A DNA stretch of 64,000 nucleotides, taken from contig MU057487.1 of assembly GCA_013265495.1 (NCBI GenBank), positions 744,001-808,000 on the forward strand, given 5' to 3'. The notes beneath the pieces were generated by a model, which saw nothing but the letters and a program-made list of their open reading frames with translations, ran no database searches and had not been told where the DNA came from. Both the position numbers and the translations under genes were made by a program. This document shows positions 25,431 to 38,500 of the stretch, one piece after another. Numbering within the stretch: position 1 is the first letter of the stretch; each line of letters starts with the position of its first letter. The DNA comes from Vicugna vicugna. Its lineage: Eukaryota.

Positions 25431-26384
25431 TACAGAATATTTTACATTTTACATTAATTTGGTGGTATTTCTTTGCACAAGTGAGAAAATGGGGATGTTC
25501 ATCCTAATCTTTCACTCTTCTTAGTCCTCTCAGTGTGCCATCTCTCACAAGCCAGAACTTCTTGCTTTACCCACGGCTCTTCCATGATGCAGATATGAAT
25601 TGTCATTCTACCCCCATCACCATGTATCTGTCCTGTACCAGAGCCCACATGTCCTAGACCTCGGCTAGATACTTGTTTCCAATCAAGCATGCTGAGGACA
25701 TCCCTTGGATATCCTTATTTGGGCTTCATATCTTTTCTATAGAATTCATTGCATTGTCTTGTAAGTATGGGTTCTAGTTTTTGTTTGCTTCACAAGATTA
25801 TGAGTTCTTCACAGGCAGGAACCAAATCTTATTCATCTATTTGGAAATACCTGATGCATAAAATGAAATCTTCAGGTAAGCTAAACCTCCAGACAAACAC
25901 AACTAAGTTAAAGTTACCAAAGAGACAAATCATTATTATTCATAGGATCTGATGCCCGCACCCAGCAAAGTAAAATTCACAATGTCTTGTCCTAATAAAA
26001 AATATAGCAAATAAAAGGAAACAATACATTCCATTAGGAGGAAAAACAAAATTGCATCAACTGAAACTGCCTAGCTATGACATCCATAGATGATACATTT
26101 AATAAAGTCATTAAATCAGTTATTATAACTATATTTGATATTTTTAAGGTGGCAATAGTTATCCAGGTTCTTAGTCTTTATAATTACTGTTTTCCTAAAC
26201 CTCTCATAGGCCCAATACACCTGCCAGTGCATTCTCCTCATCTAACACTCTGTCCTAGTTTCTGCAGTTTGGTGCTGAACAGCTGCACTGAAATCCCGTG
26301 TCAGGACTGTCAGTGCTCCAGCTCTCTCCAGTGATGGGCTCCTCATTCCCTGTTGGTCAGTCCTGAAGTCTCATTTTAAGATCT

Positions 26385-27650
26385 TCCTTTTAACTGTGAT
26401 TTTAATCAATTTGACTTTGATGTCCCCGGGTGTAGATGTTTTCATGTTTCTTGGGCTTAGTTAGGGTTCATTGAGATTCTGGGATTTATAGCTTTACAAA
26501 GTTTGAAAAAATTTCAATAATTATTTTCCCATCTAATTTTTTTCTGGATCCTCTTCTCCCAACCTGCCCTCCTTGCCCATTTATTCAGGGACTCCAGCTG
26601 CACATGTATCGGTCCCTGTAAACTTCCACAGCAACCTGATGTTCTGTTCACCACCCCCCACCCCCACACTGTGTTTCACTTTGGATTATTTCTGTTCCTA
26701 TGTCTTCAAATTAACGAATCTGTTCTTCTGCAATGCATGCAGCCCACCCAGTGTATTTTTTCAACATAGGCATATTTGCATTTTTAGGTGTTCTTAAGAT
26801 GAATTTAACATATTTAATCTTTCTTCTAGCTTCTTGAACATATGTCGTAAAGTGATAACGGCTCTTTTAACGTCCTGCCTGCTAATTCTATCATCCATGT
26901 TTTTTTCCTGAGTCATTTTCAATTGGTTGATTTTTCTCTCCTTTTAATGGAATATTTTTTCCTGTTTCTTTTTATGCTTGGTAATTTTTATTGGATACCA
27001 GTCTTTTTGAATTTTACCTGTTGGGTACTAGTTATTTTTGAACTCCCACAAATATTCTTAAGATTTGTTTGGGGAAACTGTTAACCTGCTTGGAAAACAG
27101 TTTGATCATTTCAGGTCCTGCTTTTAAGTTTTGTTAGATGGGAGCAGTGAAGAATTTAGTTTATGCTGTGCAAAACTTTTAAGTTTAACTAGGTCCCATT
27201 CATTTATTTTTGCTTTTACTTGCTTTGCTTTAGGATGTAGATCCAAATAAAATATTGCTATGATTTATGTCAAAGAGTGTTCTACCTATGTTTTCCTCTA
27301 AGAATTTCATGGTTTCCAGCTTTAAATTTAGGTGTTTAATCCATTTTAAGTTTATTTTTGTACATGATGTTAAAGAATGTTCTAATTTCATTCTTTTACA
27401 TGTAGCTGTCCAATTTTTCCAGCAAGACTTATTGAAGAGACTGTCTTTTCTCCATTGTATGATCTTTCTTCCTTTGCCCATGAGTGTGTGGGTTTATTTC
27501 TGAAAAGCCCACATGTTTTATTTTTTGTCTATGGGATTACTGATTTTCACTGCCTGAAGGCCAATGTCTTTATATATTTTATTCAGTGTGTTAACTGTTG
27601 CATGTGAGAAGGTAAATTCACTCCATTACTTCTTCTTGTTTAGAAGCAGA
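26385..27650 (-). mobile_element. Old L1 ORF1/5' region with an embedded L1 ORF2 piece (about 27165-27500)
   Basis: Track ORF 27230..27481 ([30 protein letters not shown]) is L1 ORF2; the flanks are T-rich antisense L1 ORF1-like sequence. Confidence 0.75.
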
Positions 27651-27705
27651 AGACTTCCCAAATCTCATTTTAGAGTCTGCTTCCAAGAGTCATACCTGCT
27701 ATCAA

Positions 27706-28040
27706 CTGTTCTAGGCTAGTTCCCAGGAAACAGACTCTCACGCTCTGAGATTTACATACACGGTGTTTATTAGTGAGGATTCTCAGTAGCATCTCTAAGA
27801 GTGTAAAGGAAGCAGGATTGGGCAGCAGGAGAAACTGCAAGGCTGCTGTAACAGAGGTCTCCGCCAATATTGAGAGAGCTCAAAAAAGAGAATGACCTTT
27901 CAGAGTTGTCCCAATTATATCCCTTCCCTTGCACACAGTACTGAGAGGCAGGAAGACCTCAGGCAGAAGGCATAACCTTGGGCTGAGTGAGGGAGCTTTC
28001 TCTGGCAGGGGAGGGAGTGCCTCTGTCCAGCATCAGTACC
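27706..28040 (-). mobile_element. ERVL LTR (LTR16-like)
   Basis: tgttctaggctagttcccaggaaacagactct...gtttatt...aaggaagcaggattgggcag. Confidence 0.6.
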
Positions 28041-28499
28041 ACCACATCCAGCACAAGGTGATGGCAGCATTATACGAATGCCAGTCAGTCTGCATCCTGA
28101 TGAAGTGTTTTATTACAGCCAGGAAAACTATTGCTTCTTATTTAAACAGCTTATCAAAATGGAAATTATTTTTCAGCTAGTATCATGAAAATATCATTTC
28201 CTTATTCTCTCACTTTTTAAGACTCTCTACTCGGGATTTCCTTTCAAAGACAATTAAAACTATAAGTTAAAGTTTGCTCAGTAGGACCAGGCTTTCCCTG
28301 GCAGGGTCAACTGCTTTCACACCTGCAGATCCAAATTTTTCGTAACTAGTGGGCTCTGGAGGGACTGAACACTAGGGGATGAAACTGAATCTGAGGCTGC
28401 AGTTTATAATCATGTTTTCAAGGGCACATAGTGAACATTTTCTGGTATTCCTTCTGTTTGAAGGAGGCAATGTCACGCAGAACTTAAGAGCGTACGCAG

Positions 28500-28655
28500 G
28501 TAGAATGTTCCAGTCAGCAAGGTGAAGAAGCTCTGGGGATTTGCTGTACCACACTGTGCCTACTGTTAGCAATACTATATTGTGCACTTAAAATTTATTT
28601 GGAGGATAGATCTTGTATTAAGTGTTCTTACCACAATAAATAAAATAAAATAAAA
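28500..28655 (+). mobile_element. Short L1 3' end (L1MA-like) inserted into a MIR
   Basis: caatactatattgtgcacttaaaattt...tagatcttgtattaagtgttcttaccac followed by a (TAAAA)n tail. Confidence 0.75.
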
Positions 28656-28659
28656 TGCA

Positions 28660-29062
28660 ATGCACTCTGAAGCCAGACAGTTCCCATTTACCTCCGGGCT
28701 CCACTCCCTCTGTGCTTTGGACTTTGGGCAAAGTGATATGATTTCTAAAGCTCACATTCCTTCTCTATAAAATGGGCTGAGTGTAGCACCTTCTAGGGTT
28801 GTGATCACTGAGGGAGGCAGAAGCAGAATAATGTGGTTACAAAGAACGTGGTTCTGGCACCAGATTGCATGGGCCTCCGTCCTTCCTGATACTTACTGAT
28901 TTAGTTTAATCTCTGCTTGCTTTCTTATTTACAAAAGACAGATTGTAATAATAGCATGTCCCTAGGGTGTTTATGGGAGTTAAGTGAATTAATACAGAAA
29001 AAAGTTTAGCAGAGTGCCAAGCATACAGTAAGGGCTCCGTAAATGTGAGTTCTAATTATTAG
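28660..29062 (+). mobile_element. Two adjacent MIR fragments
   Basis: actttgggcaaag...ctataaaatggg; gtttaatctct...agagtgccaagcatacagtaagggctc. Confidence 0.7.
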
Positions 29063-29919
29063 CCCTTGAAAGGGTTTGCAAAGTTTGACCTGAATTTGGT
29101 GAAGAAACATAGAGCAGGCCCTGCTGTGAGTGCCCTTCAGGCTAGTGAATGAGAAGGGCCAGGGCAGAAGTAATGATCAAAATCAGGCTGAATACTACAA
29201 GAAGTTTTTTAAGTGAACAAATAAAGCTCTGTGGAAAATAAAGGAGAAGGATATTAATTTCGAAGGAAAAGTGACAATTAAGGACAGAACTTGAAAGGGC
29301 AGTTAACCAGAATCGTAAGCAGAACAGGTAGAATTTACACTTCCTCTTCGATTAGTTAAATGTAGGCAGCTTGCATTGTGACCTAATTGCAAAGAGGTGG
29401 CTAGCAGCACTGTCTGTATAATTTCCTGTGGCTGTGGCCCCAAGCTCCTGCAGCTGCCCAGAGCTACGGCTTTAAGAAACAGAGATGCTGCCCCTCTCCT
29501 TGGCCCTCTCCCTGCCCCACCTCTGGCTCAGTTCCAGGGATCTGGGACTCCCAATGGCAAGTGGAGAAGTGGTTACCAAAGCTGACTTCCCCCTTTCAGC
29601 AGATCTCCAGGCAGTAGTACGAGAGAGCCCCCGCCCGCTCTGTTTCTGCTGGCTTGAGGAAGTAAGTACAGCTAACCACTTCCCTGTGGAGCAGGGGTTA
29701 CTGATATCTGAAGTCAAATAACTCTTCCTCAAAATGTTAAGTACAGGCTTAAGAAAGGCTCCACTCTGGGTAGCTCCAATAAAGTACAAGCCCTGTTTCT
29801 CAGCCTTTGAGACCTGTCAGACAGCAAGAGAACTTGGAGTTCCCAGAACTGAGTTGTAGGGCAATGATCTGGACTTGCTGTGCTCGGGAGTCACTGTGAA
29901 AGTTTACAGCCTGGGTGGT

Positions 29920-30295
29920 TAGTCTGGAGAAGTGCAGACAGCAAAGCTGTGGAGGCAGGCTGGTCTTGCTCTGCCACCTGCCCCCGAGCAGACAAGTCCC
30001 TTTACCTCTCTGCCCTTTAACTTCTTTACCTGTGAGAAAACAAACGTGTTAAGTGTCATTATCTGGGTGCTGATAATGTTCCAAGCACAATATTTGAGGG
30101 AAGTATTATTCCTTTCTTTTCACAAATGAAGAAAGTGGAATTCAGAGAGTTTAAATAACTTACCCAGGGTAACTCAAAATAAGAATGAGTATTTTAATTC
30201 ACGTCTGTCTCTCAAGCCTGTGCTCTAAGGAGCTGTCACCCTTCTCTAAGCCAGGCATGTCACAGGAGCTCAATAAATCACAGCTATTATTAACA
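29920..30295. mobile_element. MIR fragments, both orientations
   Basis: cacaaatgaagaaagtggaattcagagagtttaaataacttacccaggg core. Confidence 0.65.
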
Positions 30296-30699
30296 TTTCA
30301 AAATTACATTGACTGGGATTACCATCTGCACATAAGAATATAGGTTTCAAAAAAGCATAGATGTAGGGCCAATTGTCCTTTTGCACTGGCATGTACAAAT
30401 ACCATCTTGCAGTTTATAGAGGAACATTTGCCTCTTAGAATTGTGATCTGATCGGAGTTTGGCATCAGAAAAAAGAGAGATTCCATGTCTGCACGCTGCA
30501 AACATAATTTAATAAAGGAGACAGAACACTGGACTAGGAATTGATAAGCCCTTTATACTTTAAAAACAAATTTTTATTATCTCATTCCATCCTGGTATAA
30601 ACTCCCTTATTTTTATCCTTGTTTAATAAAGAAGACAGTCTCTGAGTGGAGTAGTGGAAGGTTTGGCGTAAACCGGTGCTCCTCCTGTTAATACTTCTT

Positions 30700-30825
30700 G
30701 TCCAAATTCTATCACTAAGTAGCAACTTTTGGCAAGGCATTTCTCTTCTCTTGGTCTGGGGTTCTTCGTCTGTAAAATATGCATGGGCTGTAGATCATCT
30801 GATTTCCAAGACTTTTCTTCTCTAA
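30700..30825 (+). mobile_element. MIR3/MIR fragment
   Basis: actttt-ggcaaggcattt...ttcttcgtctgtaaaat. Confidence 0.55.
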
Positions 30826-31599
30826 TGGCCATGGCATCTTGCAACCACTAACTATGACTTCGGGGATGGCCCTTGCTCAAGAGAAAACTCAACCATCCAA
30901 GGGTTGGTTGCTTAAAATTGTGCTATTTCTAGCCAGTATCCTTTGCAGATGCTTATGGCTATGCTTGATGACTCTGATAAGATTTAGTGTCAAGTAATAT
31001 ATTTTTGAAAGTTGATCCTTTACTTTATCTCAATTCTGGGGTGAATGAGGCAGGGCCCTTAAGACGTCTTCATTGTCTTCACATACACAGCTGTTTGTAG
31101 GGCATTTCTTCAATCATAATATTAACATATAGGACTACAAAGACCTCGCTTTCTGATTATCATCTATGTAACCCGCAATAGTAAGATTGGGACAGTCTGA
31201 CAAAGCAAAGGCTGTGCTGAGTGGAGAAGGCTGAGCACTCATTTGTTAGAGCAGTTGAAAGATTTGCTTTTGGAAGCTGCTTCTTCCCTGTAGAGTTGGG
31301 CTCCCAAGCAGTGTGCAGTTCCAAGAGCAGAAGGAATGTCTTTGTTAAAGACGCTTAATTATTTATAGGCTCATGGAAGAGGCCAACTAGTGATAGAGAT
31401 TCTCAGCCTCAGGCCTGTACATAGTTAAATCTCTCTGAAATGAGGTTGTGTTGGGCCAGAGCAATATTTAGTTTTATTTTAACGAACTTTAGTTTTTCCA
31501 GTCTAAGCATTTCTCAGCTTCATTCATTCATGTTATCCGTCTACTCCTTGAAGGCATCTGAGCTGTCATCTCTGAAATTAGGGGCCCCTATTTGTTCTG

Positions 31600-31735
31600 C
31601 TTCTGGTGTGTGCCAAACATTTCACATATATCTTATTCATCCTCAAAATAGAATTGTCTTACCTACTAGCATCTCCCTGTTTTACAAGTAAGTAACTGAG
31701 GCTCAGAAGGAAGAACTTGCCCAAGGCAAGGTACC
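31600..31735 (-). mobile_element. MIR fragment upstream of the ADGB promoter
   Basis: ttttacaagtaagtaactgaggctcagaaggaagaacttgcccaagg. Confidence 0.7.
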
Positions 31736-32177
31736 CTATAAATACCACCAGGATTGGCTGACCATTAAGCTGGAGGCTTAATGGGTCTTGGCTTGCTTGG
31801 ATTCCTGTCATCTGGCTCCAGTGCCTTCCCAAGTGAGTGTTTCAAGGGCCACTCCATTCTACGACTTGGATTTATCCTTTCATGTCAACAACCCAGAGGG
31901 CCGACTTATTTAATCACAGACATCATCATTACCAAACCTCGAACGACTAAGGGTGTCAAGATCCTGCCTTCCCTGCAGGGATTCCTCCTGCACCCAGTGG
32001 ATTCATTACTGAACCCACGATTTTCAAGCCATTGGTAAATTCAGTGTGTCCATAATGTCTCCTTAATTGTTACTAAAGGAACTTGTTCACCGGAGAGCAG
32101 ACCTGGGGAAAACGGACTCGCATAGTATTCGTCTTCAAAGAGTTGAAAATCCAAGAGAGAGTCGATATATGTCTACG

Positions 32178-32192
32178 GTTCCAAAGGGCAAC
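32178..32192. promoter_or_regulatory. Second candidate X-box (GTTCCA-AAG-GGCAAC)
   Basis: GTT...GGCAAC with a 3-nt spacer, about 310 nt upstream of the ATG. Confidence 0.4.
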
Positions 32193-32426
32193 ACCTGGCA
32201 GTGTCAACCTGATAGGAAAACTCCAATTTATCAGATCTTCCCATCAATCCTACCGTCAAATCCATGCCCGCGGCGCCTTCCTCCCCAGACACTCAACCCC
32301 TAGGTTTCCACCCGCAAGTGGCGACCCGAGCTTTCGGGCGCTCGCACCCCCGCTCTCGGCGGTGGAGCCGCCCTCGCTAGAGGCGCGCTGGCACCTGCAC
32401 CGCGCGGCTGCGGGACGCGCGCCGGC

Positions 32427-32439
32427 GTCTCCTGGCAAC
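32427..32439. promoter_or_regulatory. RFX X-box (GTCTCC-T-GGCAAC)
   Basis: Fits the X-box pattern with a perfect GGCAAC half-site, about 60 nt upstream of the ATG of a gene known to be expressed in testis and ciliated cells. Confidence 0.75.
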
Positions 32440-32497
32440 GGCGGACGCCGAGCCAGGGTCGCAGAGCCTGCTCCGAGCTCCGAGCTCAGCCCCTGCC

Positions 32498-32571
32498 ATG
32501 ACCTCCAAACAAACCAGAAAGAAAGAGGTGCATCGTATCAACTCGGCGCACGGATCGGATAAATCTAAAGA
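32498..32571 (+). CDS. ADGB: ADGB coding exon 1 (74 nt coding; [24 protein letters not shown] + GA)
   Basis: Kozak-like cctgccATGa at 32498 in the CpG island; donor AGA|gtaagg at 32572; not captured by the ORF track. Confidence 0.96.
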
Positions 32572-35500
32572 GTAAGGGAACTCTGTCTGCCATCCCACCC
32601 CTGGTTTAACCCCTTGGCCTTTCCACTCCTCCCTGTGCTGCTTCCCTGCAGCCAACACTGCCATGGCAGGAGTTTAGCTGGCCTCCTCGCAGCGGCTTTA
32701 CCTTCTGCGGGAACCCAGACCCGGGAGATTCTTGTCCCTATTTCTCCTCCATGCACACCTCGACCCAGAACCGTTTATGTCCAGCAGTGACCAAATTCAT
32801 AAGTAAATACGACTTTGAATCACCAAGAATAATCATGTCAGGTAACTGAGCTATCAGCTTTTACATTAGATTAAATTATTTCTGTTTTATGTATTCTCTA
32901 TTTCTCTGTATCAGCAAAAATGAAATCACTGTTCTAGGGTTCACCCTCGCACCATTTTTTGAGACATTGATCATGTCATTTTTCTTTTTAGACATTCAAT
33001 GTTTTCTTCTTTAAATGAAGGGCCATTTACTTAAAATTGTTCCCACTCCAACATTCCCTGTCCTGCCTTCTCTACTTTATTTTTCCCTCCAGCTCCAAAC
33101 TTCCATGATTCTTTCAGATTTTTTTTAACTCTACTAGTTCCATAATACGTGAGGGAATTTTGTTATAGTAAAATGTTTAAAACTTAAATTTATTTTTCTA
33201 GTTGGAAGTGTCATCTTTTTAAAATTTCATCTTTGAGAACAGTATTTTTTATGGTCCTAACAACTGTCACAAATTATACTTTTCATTATCAGTACCTAAT
33301 GATAATTAGAAATGATAAACCATTTTAATCAACTTGAAAACTAGTATGCACTGCAAAAATGCTTTCATTACTTAGATGCCACTAGAAGGATTTGAGGAGT
33401 TGTAGTGATACCAGAACAAATATGTGACCTTCTTGAAAATACTAAGTATAATGTTTTTGTATTTTAATAATGCAAAAAAGGGAAAAGGAAGCATGCAATT
33501 TAAGTATTAAGAGTTATTAGAAATGTTAATGATTACACTTGAAGTGCTAAAATATTTGGAACTTTAATGGAAAGTTTGAGATAGAGACTCAATTTGGTGT
33601 TTATAGTCCCCAAATTTTGTTCCACTTCCAATAGCACATTAAAACTAAGACCAAACAAACACTTGTTGAACGCTTATTTGTTGGACTAATAAGAATTATG
33701 CAACTTTCAAGATTCTTTATGGTGATAAAATATTATTAGACCTCCTTTTAAAACAGAACAAAATATATTTCTTAAAGCTCAAGTTAGTCTATCTTTACTT
33801 ACTGAAATGCCATGCAAATGTCATAGAATTCTCAAAAAATATCAATATATTTGGCTATACAGAAATTTGAAAGCAGATCTATTCCCAAGTCAAATTGTGA
33901 TTAATACCATGAAAGCAACATAAAATAGAAAAATAAATATCTTACTGAGAATTAAATTGAGTTCTTGGTTATACCAGCTTCAGAGAGAGCTGCTCCAGTG
34001 AAACCATGCAATAATGGTTGATAAATAATAGATGATATATTCCTCTACCACCAGAGATCTGAAAGGAAAAAAACAAAACAAACAAACAAAAAAAAAAACA
34101 GGCACACACTATGGGGGAGGGGAGAGGCAGTAGGGAGGGTTTTTTTTATATTTCCAGGTCTAGTCCTTATAGCTCCATAGAAAAAAGGCAGAGAGGTAAG
34201 AGGAGGAGCAGGGCAGGTAGTAATCCAGGATTCACAATGAGTTTTGTGATTTCCTCAGGTGACCTCTTTGGACCTCAACAACTAAGGTCATAAGTACTCA
34301 CAATTTAAAAGGTGACCTCTGGGGAAACTTCCCTAGAGAAAAGCCTACTTATGTTCTTTTCCCAACTATTTAATGAGCACTTCTCACGCGCAAGTCACTG
34401 GCTGGCTGGGAGAATAAGAATTGCAAAACAGGGTACCTGTCCTGGGATTTATAATCTAGCAGAGGGAAAACTAAGATTCAAATAGAAATAACTAAGAAAT
34501 ATACAGTAATGCCAAGTTTATCAGGGAGAACTTGTTGGAAATAATGGAAGGAACCACATATTGGTGTAGGGTTAGATTAGAGAAATCCTGACATTTCCAA
34601 AATGATGCATCAGAGGGGAGGAAGATCACTTTGGACTAGAGCTGACCTTTCATCACCTCCCTCTAATAGCCATTCTCCAATTTTGAAAGGCACAGGCCAG
34701 TGGGATGACTAGTGCAAGCAATGGAGATGTTTGAGGCACAGAAAGACATCCAGGTTGGCTGGAGCAGAGGGGCTTCATATGAATGTACTGGCACATCAAG
34801 GATCCAAGCTGAGTATGCCGCAGAATGAGAGGGACAGATTAAGGAATTAGAACTATATGTGATGGGGAAACATAGATTATTTTCAATATCAACATGATGA
34901 TTTACTAGGTATAATTTGAAAATTGTCTGCATGGAATTCATGCTGAATTAAGAATCAGGCTAGCAAGAAATGGGTGATGATAATGGGAGATGATAATGCA
35001 GGAATGCATGCTTCTGGGAACTCTCCAGGATAGAGAGGAACCTTTTTTTAAAGAAGAGGGGAGGAGATCAGTGGGGACAGAGCAGACCTGTAAGATGTTT
35101 GTGGTCAAAGACTACAAAAGCCAAATTACTGATTTTCCGTTGCAGTGGTGATGTTGTCCTGGTGATGATACTACCATGTCTGAAAAGAGAAGGAAAAAAA
35201 AAAGTATAAACAAAATTCAATGACAAGTGTCTGAAGGCCTTGCCTTGTTTATTTTTGCATTCTCTTCAGGGCCTGGTACAATGTGTCTTCAATAAATGAG
35301 TGTACTTTAATTGAGATAAAATGGGAATCGTGTGTGGCAGCTTGGCCATTAAACCCTGTGACTCAGAACCAGAGACAGACTGTGAGAGCCCAGAAGGAAG
35401 AGACCCGTTAATCATCCCAGGACAAGGGATAACACTTGGCGCAGATTAGGGCAATATGAGTGTCTGTTGCATATTTTTTAAATACAAAAATCTCAGCCAA

Positions 35501-38500
35501 AATCTCAGCTTAATGAGGCTAGGACTACTGCCATGTTAGTCTTAGTGGGTGGTCTGCCACCAGTCCTCCTTTTGAAAAAATCTTAATCTGAGCATTTGTT
35601 TAATAATTTGTTAAGATTTGACATGGGTTATAAATCCTTCCAGACAATGAAATCTTTTTGATTTAATCAACCTATTTCCATTTTGTTTAGTTTGGAGGAG
35701 AAATCGTACTTCATTGTTACCTAAAAAATTCAGCGTTATACTTTGAAACTCATAGCACTGTTGCTAATGCTTCTAGATGAGCGCACTAATATTGCTTCAA
35801 ATAAAAATGGTTATTTAAAAATATATTAGTTGACTTTAATGTACTTTGACATTTCCAGGTCACAGACTATTGAAATTAAGGCACTGAATAATCTATAAAC
35901 TGATTAGGATACTTAATGTGAGATAAAATGACTAAAACCTGCATCCAAGACAGATTAAAAATATACCTTTGATATGATTTGTATAATTTGGTATAATTTG
36001 TATAATCTGAAAGATTGGATAGAAATATTACTAATCTTTCTCACTTTTACCCTCAACAAGGAAGACAGGCATATGTTGTCAGAAGTATTCAGCTAGGCGC
36101 TTTGAAATTTTATTACGTTTTTTCCCAGGGTAGGTCCAGGGTAGTTAATTCCAGGGTCTAAGGCTATAGCCATGCTAATTTGTATGGCCGAATAACATAT
36201 GATACATTTTTAAAGTAAGCAAATACTTTTTTTTTTTTTGCTGGTGCCAAAATGAATACCATACTCCAAATATTTTGTGATTATTTTCATTCCATCCTTC
36301 TGACCTGATGAGTTTCAGAATTACATGTATTACTTCAGTTAAATTTCTCAAAAGGTCAGTGTGCCCTTTTTGTCCCCATTTCCTCACTTCTCAATCTTTG
36401 ATTCAGGGAAGAATTGTGTCTAGTTTAGTTATAAATTAAAGAGAAAGGCTACTCCAGGTCATCAAACCTTGTGCATACACAAGGCAAGAGGAGAGGAAGC
36501 AGGAAGAACTGAGGTCTGTTTTGCCTGCTTTTGCCTCAGGTGTGAGCCAGAAACACACTGAAAGTTTAACCAAGTGAGGTCAAGGTCAAAGGTGAAGGAA
36601 GGCTGTACTGTGCAAACTGCTAACAGGTCTTTTCCTCATACTATTGTAATGCATTAATTAGAAATTAGGGACAAAACCACATGTTCGCTCCACCTTAGGT
36701 CAAAGTCTAGTGGGGATTTGGGATTGGTTTGCACCATAGACAAATAATTAGGTTAGGAAAAAAGAGTTGGTTTAAAAGAAAAAAAAAAGTGAACTAAAGT
36801 TCATGCATGTGTTAGCCCACAGGTACTATGGGCCCATTTTTTCTCTCGTGGATCTTGGTTAAAGTCATTATGGACACTATCACATGTATTCGCATATCAC
36901 ATTTGTCCTTGCTCTTTATAAACAGCAGCTTTGCTGCTGGACCGTGTCGGATTCTGGGAGATGGCAGAAGCTAAAGGTTCTAGCGGCCGGTGTACACTGG
37001 GATCAGAGCAGCAGAAGCAGCCCCGTCCTGTTCTGCTCTCTCCCTTTGGTTCATTCCTCCCTGTCTCTCAAGAGGTTCAGCTGCCTACAGGGGACCGTGT
37101 GTCACTCCAGCTAAATCTACCCTCTCTTGTCCCTTCCCGGAGTTCTTCTTTCCCTCTGACCTGCTCCTGCTTTGTTTTCTTTCTTCTACCCTCAGAGTTA
37201 AGTCATTCTTCATGGTCTGACTTCACTCTCCTCTTCCTTAGCCCTCTTGATGATCTGAAACAATCATCCCTGACCAAGGACGACTAAATTAGCATCTGTG
37301 GTCCTTCCCATGTAACTGAGCTCAAGTTCAAGTGGCCAGATCCCTTGGATGTGCTCTTCTACTCCCAGAAAAATATGTCCAAAATGGAGGTCTTCATTTC
37401 CTCTCCCCAAAGCACAGATTTCCCACGTTCATTTTAGAGCATCTTACTACCATTCTCCCTGACACTTTGAGTCTAGAGAGCAGTCATTTTTTTTACCTTC
37501 ACCCTCCTTTGCCCATAATATCTAGCCAGTTTCCATGTTCTTTTGATTTTCCCTTCAAATTGCTTCTCTACCTTGGCTCAGCATTCGTTGTCTTCCCTGA
37601 CATCCTCTAGTTAGACCCTTTATTAACTCCCATAGAACCACTGAGAAAACATTCTAATTCCTCTGTAATACTATTAGTAGTCTTACCACACCATTCCACT
37701 GAGTAGGATGTTTTTCAAAAAAAAAAAAAAAGCAAAAACAGAGAGAGAGAGGGAGATTGAAAGAGAGAGTGAGCCAGCTACAGTATTTACATTCTTCTAC
37801 TTTTCTGCCTTTGTGCCTCTGCCCATCCCCTTTTCTCTGTTTATAATTGCTTTTGCCCAAGCCCCAATTCCATCTATATCTTAAGATCTGCTTTTTCCAT
37901 ATAGCCATTATTTGCTTTTTCTAACTTGGGAGCAATTTTCCCCCCTCTTCTGTGCTGATGAAGGACTGTTTTTAACTTTGTTTCACTTTTGCCTTTGCAT
38001 CTTTGTTATTGTGTGTATTTATTCTCATTAATTTTGTTATTTGAGAATATAAGCTAAGTCATTGATTTTTTTCAGAAAATACTATTTTATTTTATTTACT
38101 TTTTTCCTTCCAGTTTTGGTGAGATATAATTGACAGACAGCACTATATAAGGGGAAGGTGTACAGCATCATGATTTGACTTACGTATTTCATGAAATGAT
38201 GACCACAGTAAGTTAAGTGACTATCCATCATCTCGTGTAGATACATCACTAAAGCATTAGGAAAAAATTTGTTTTCCTTGTGATGAGAACTTTTAGGATT
38301 TACTCTTAAAAACTTTCATACATAACTTACAGCAGTGTTAATCATATTTATCATGCTGTACCTTACATCCTAGTACTTACTTACCTTATAACGGGAAGTT
38401 TGTACCTTTTGACCACCTTCATCTAACTCCACCTCTTCCACACCTATCTATGGTAACAACAAATCTGATCTCTTTTTCTATAAGTTTTGTTTGTTTATTT

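Larger units (their letters stand above)
32260..32730. promoter_or_regulatory. CpG island / ADGB proximal promoter and 5' UTR
   Basis: The strongest GC- and CpG-rich stretch in an AT-rich, CpG-depleted window; contains a GC box (ccgccc at 32368-32373) and surrounds the ADGB start codon. Confidence 0.9.

Noticed and set aside
1..32000. RAB32 exons (upstream neighbour of ADGB in human, from memory)
   Set aside because: I recognise no Rab GTPase motifs in this region; the gene probably lies outside the window.
32083..32562. 159-aa ORF overlapping the ADGB promoter and exon 1
   Set aside because: It has a non-ATG start, is in a different frame from ADGB, has no recognisable homology, and is expected by chance in GC-rich DNA.
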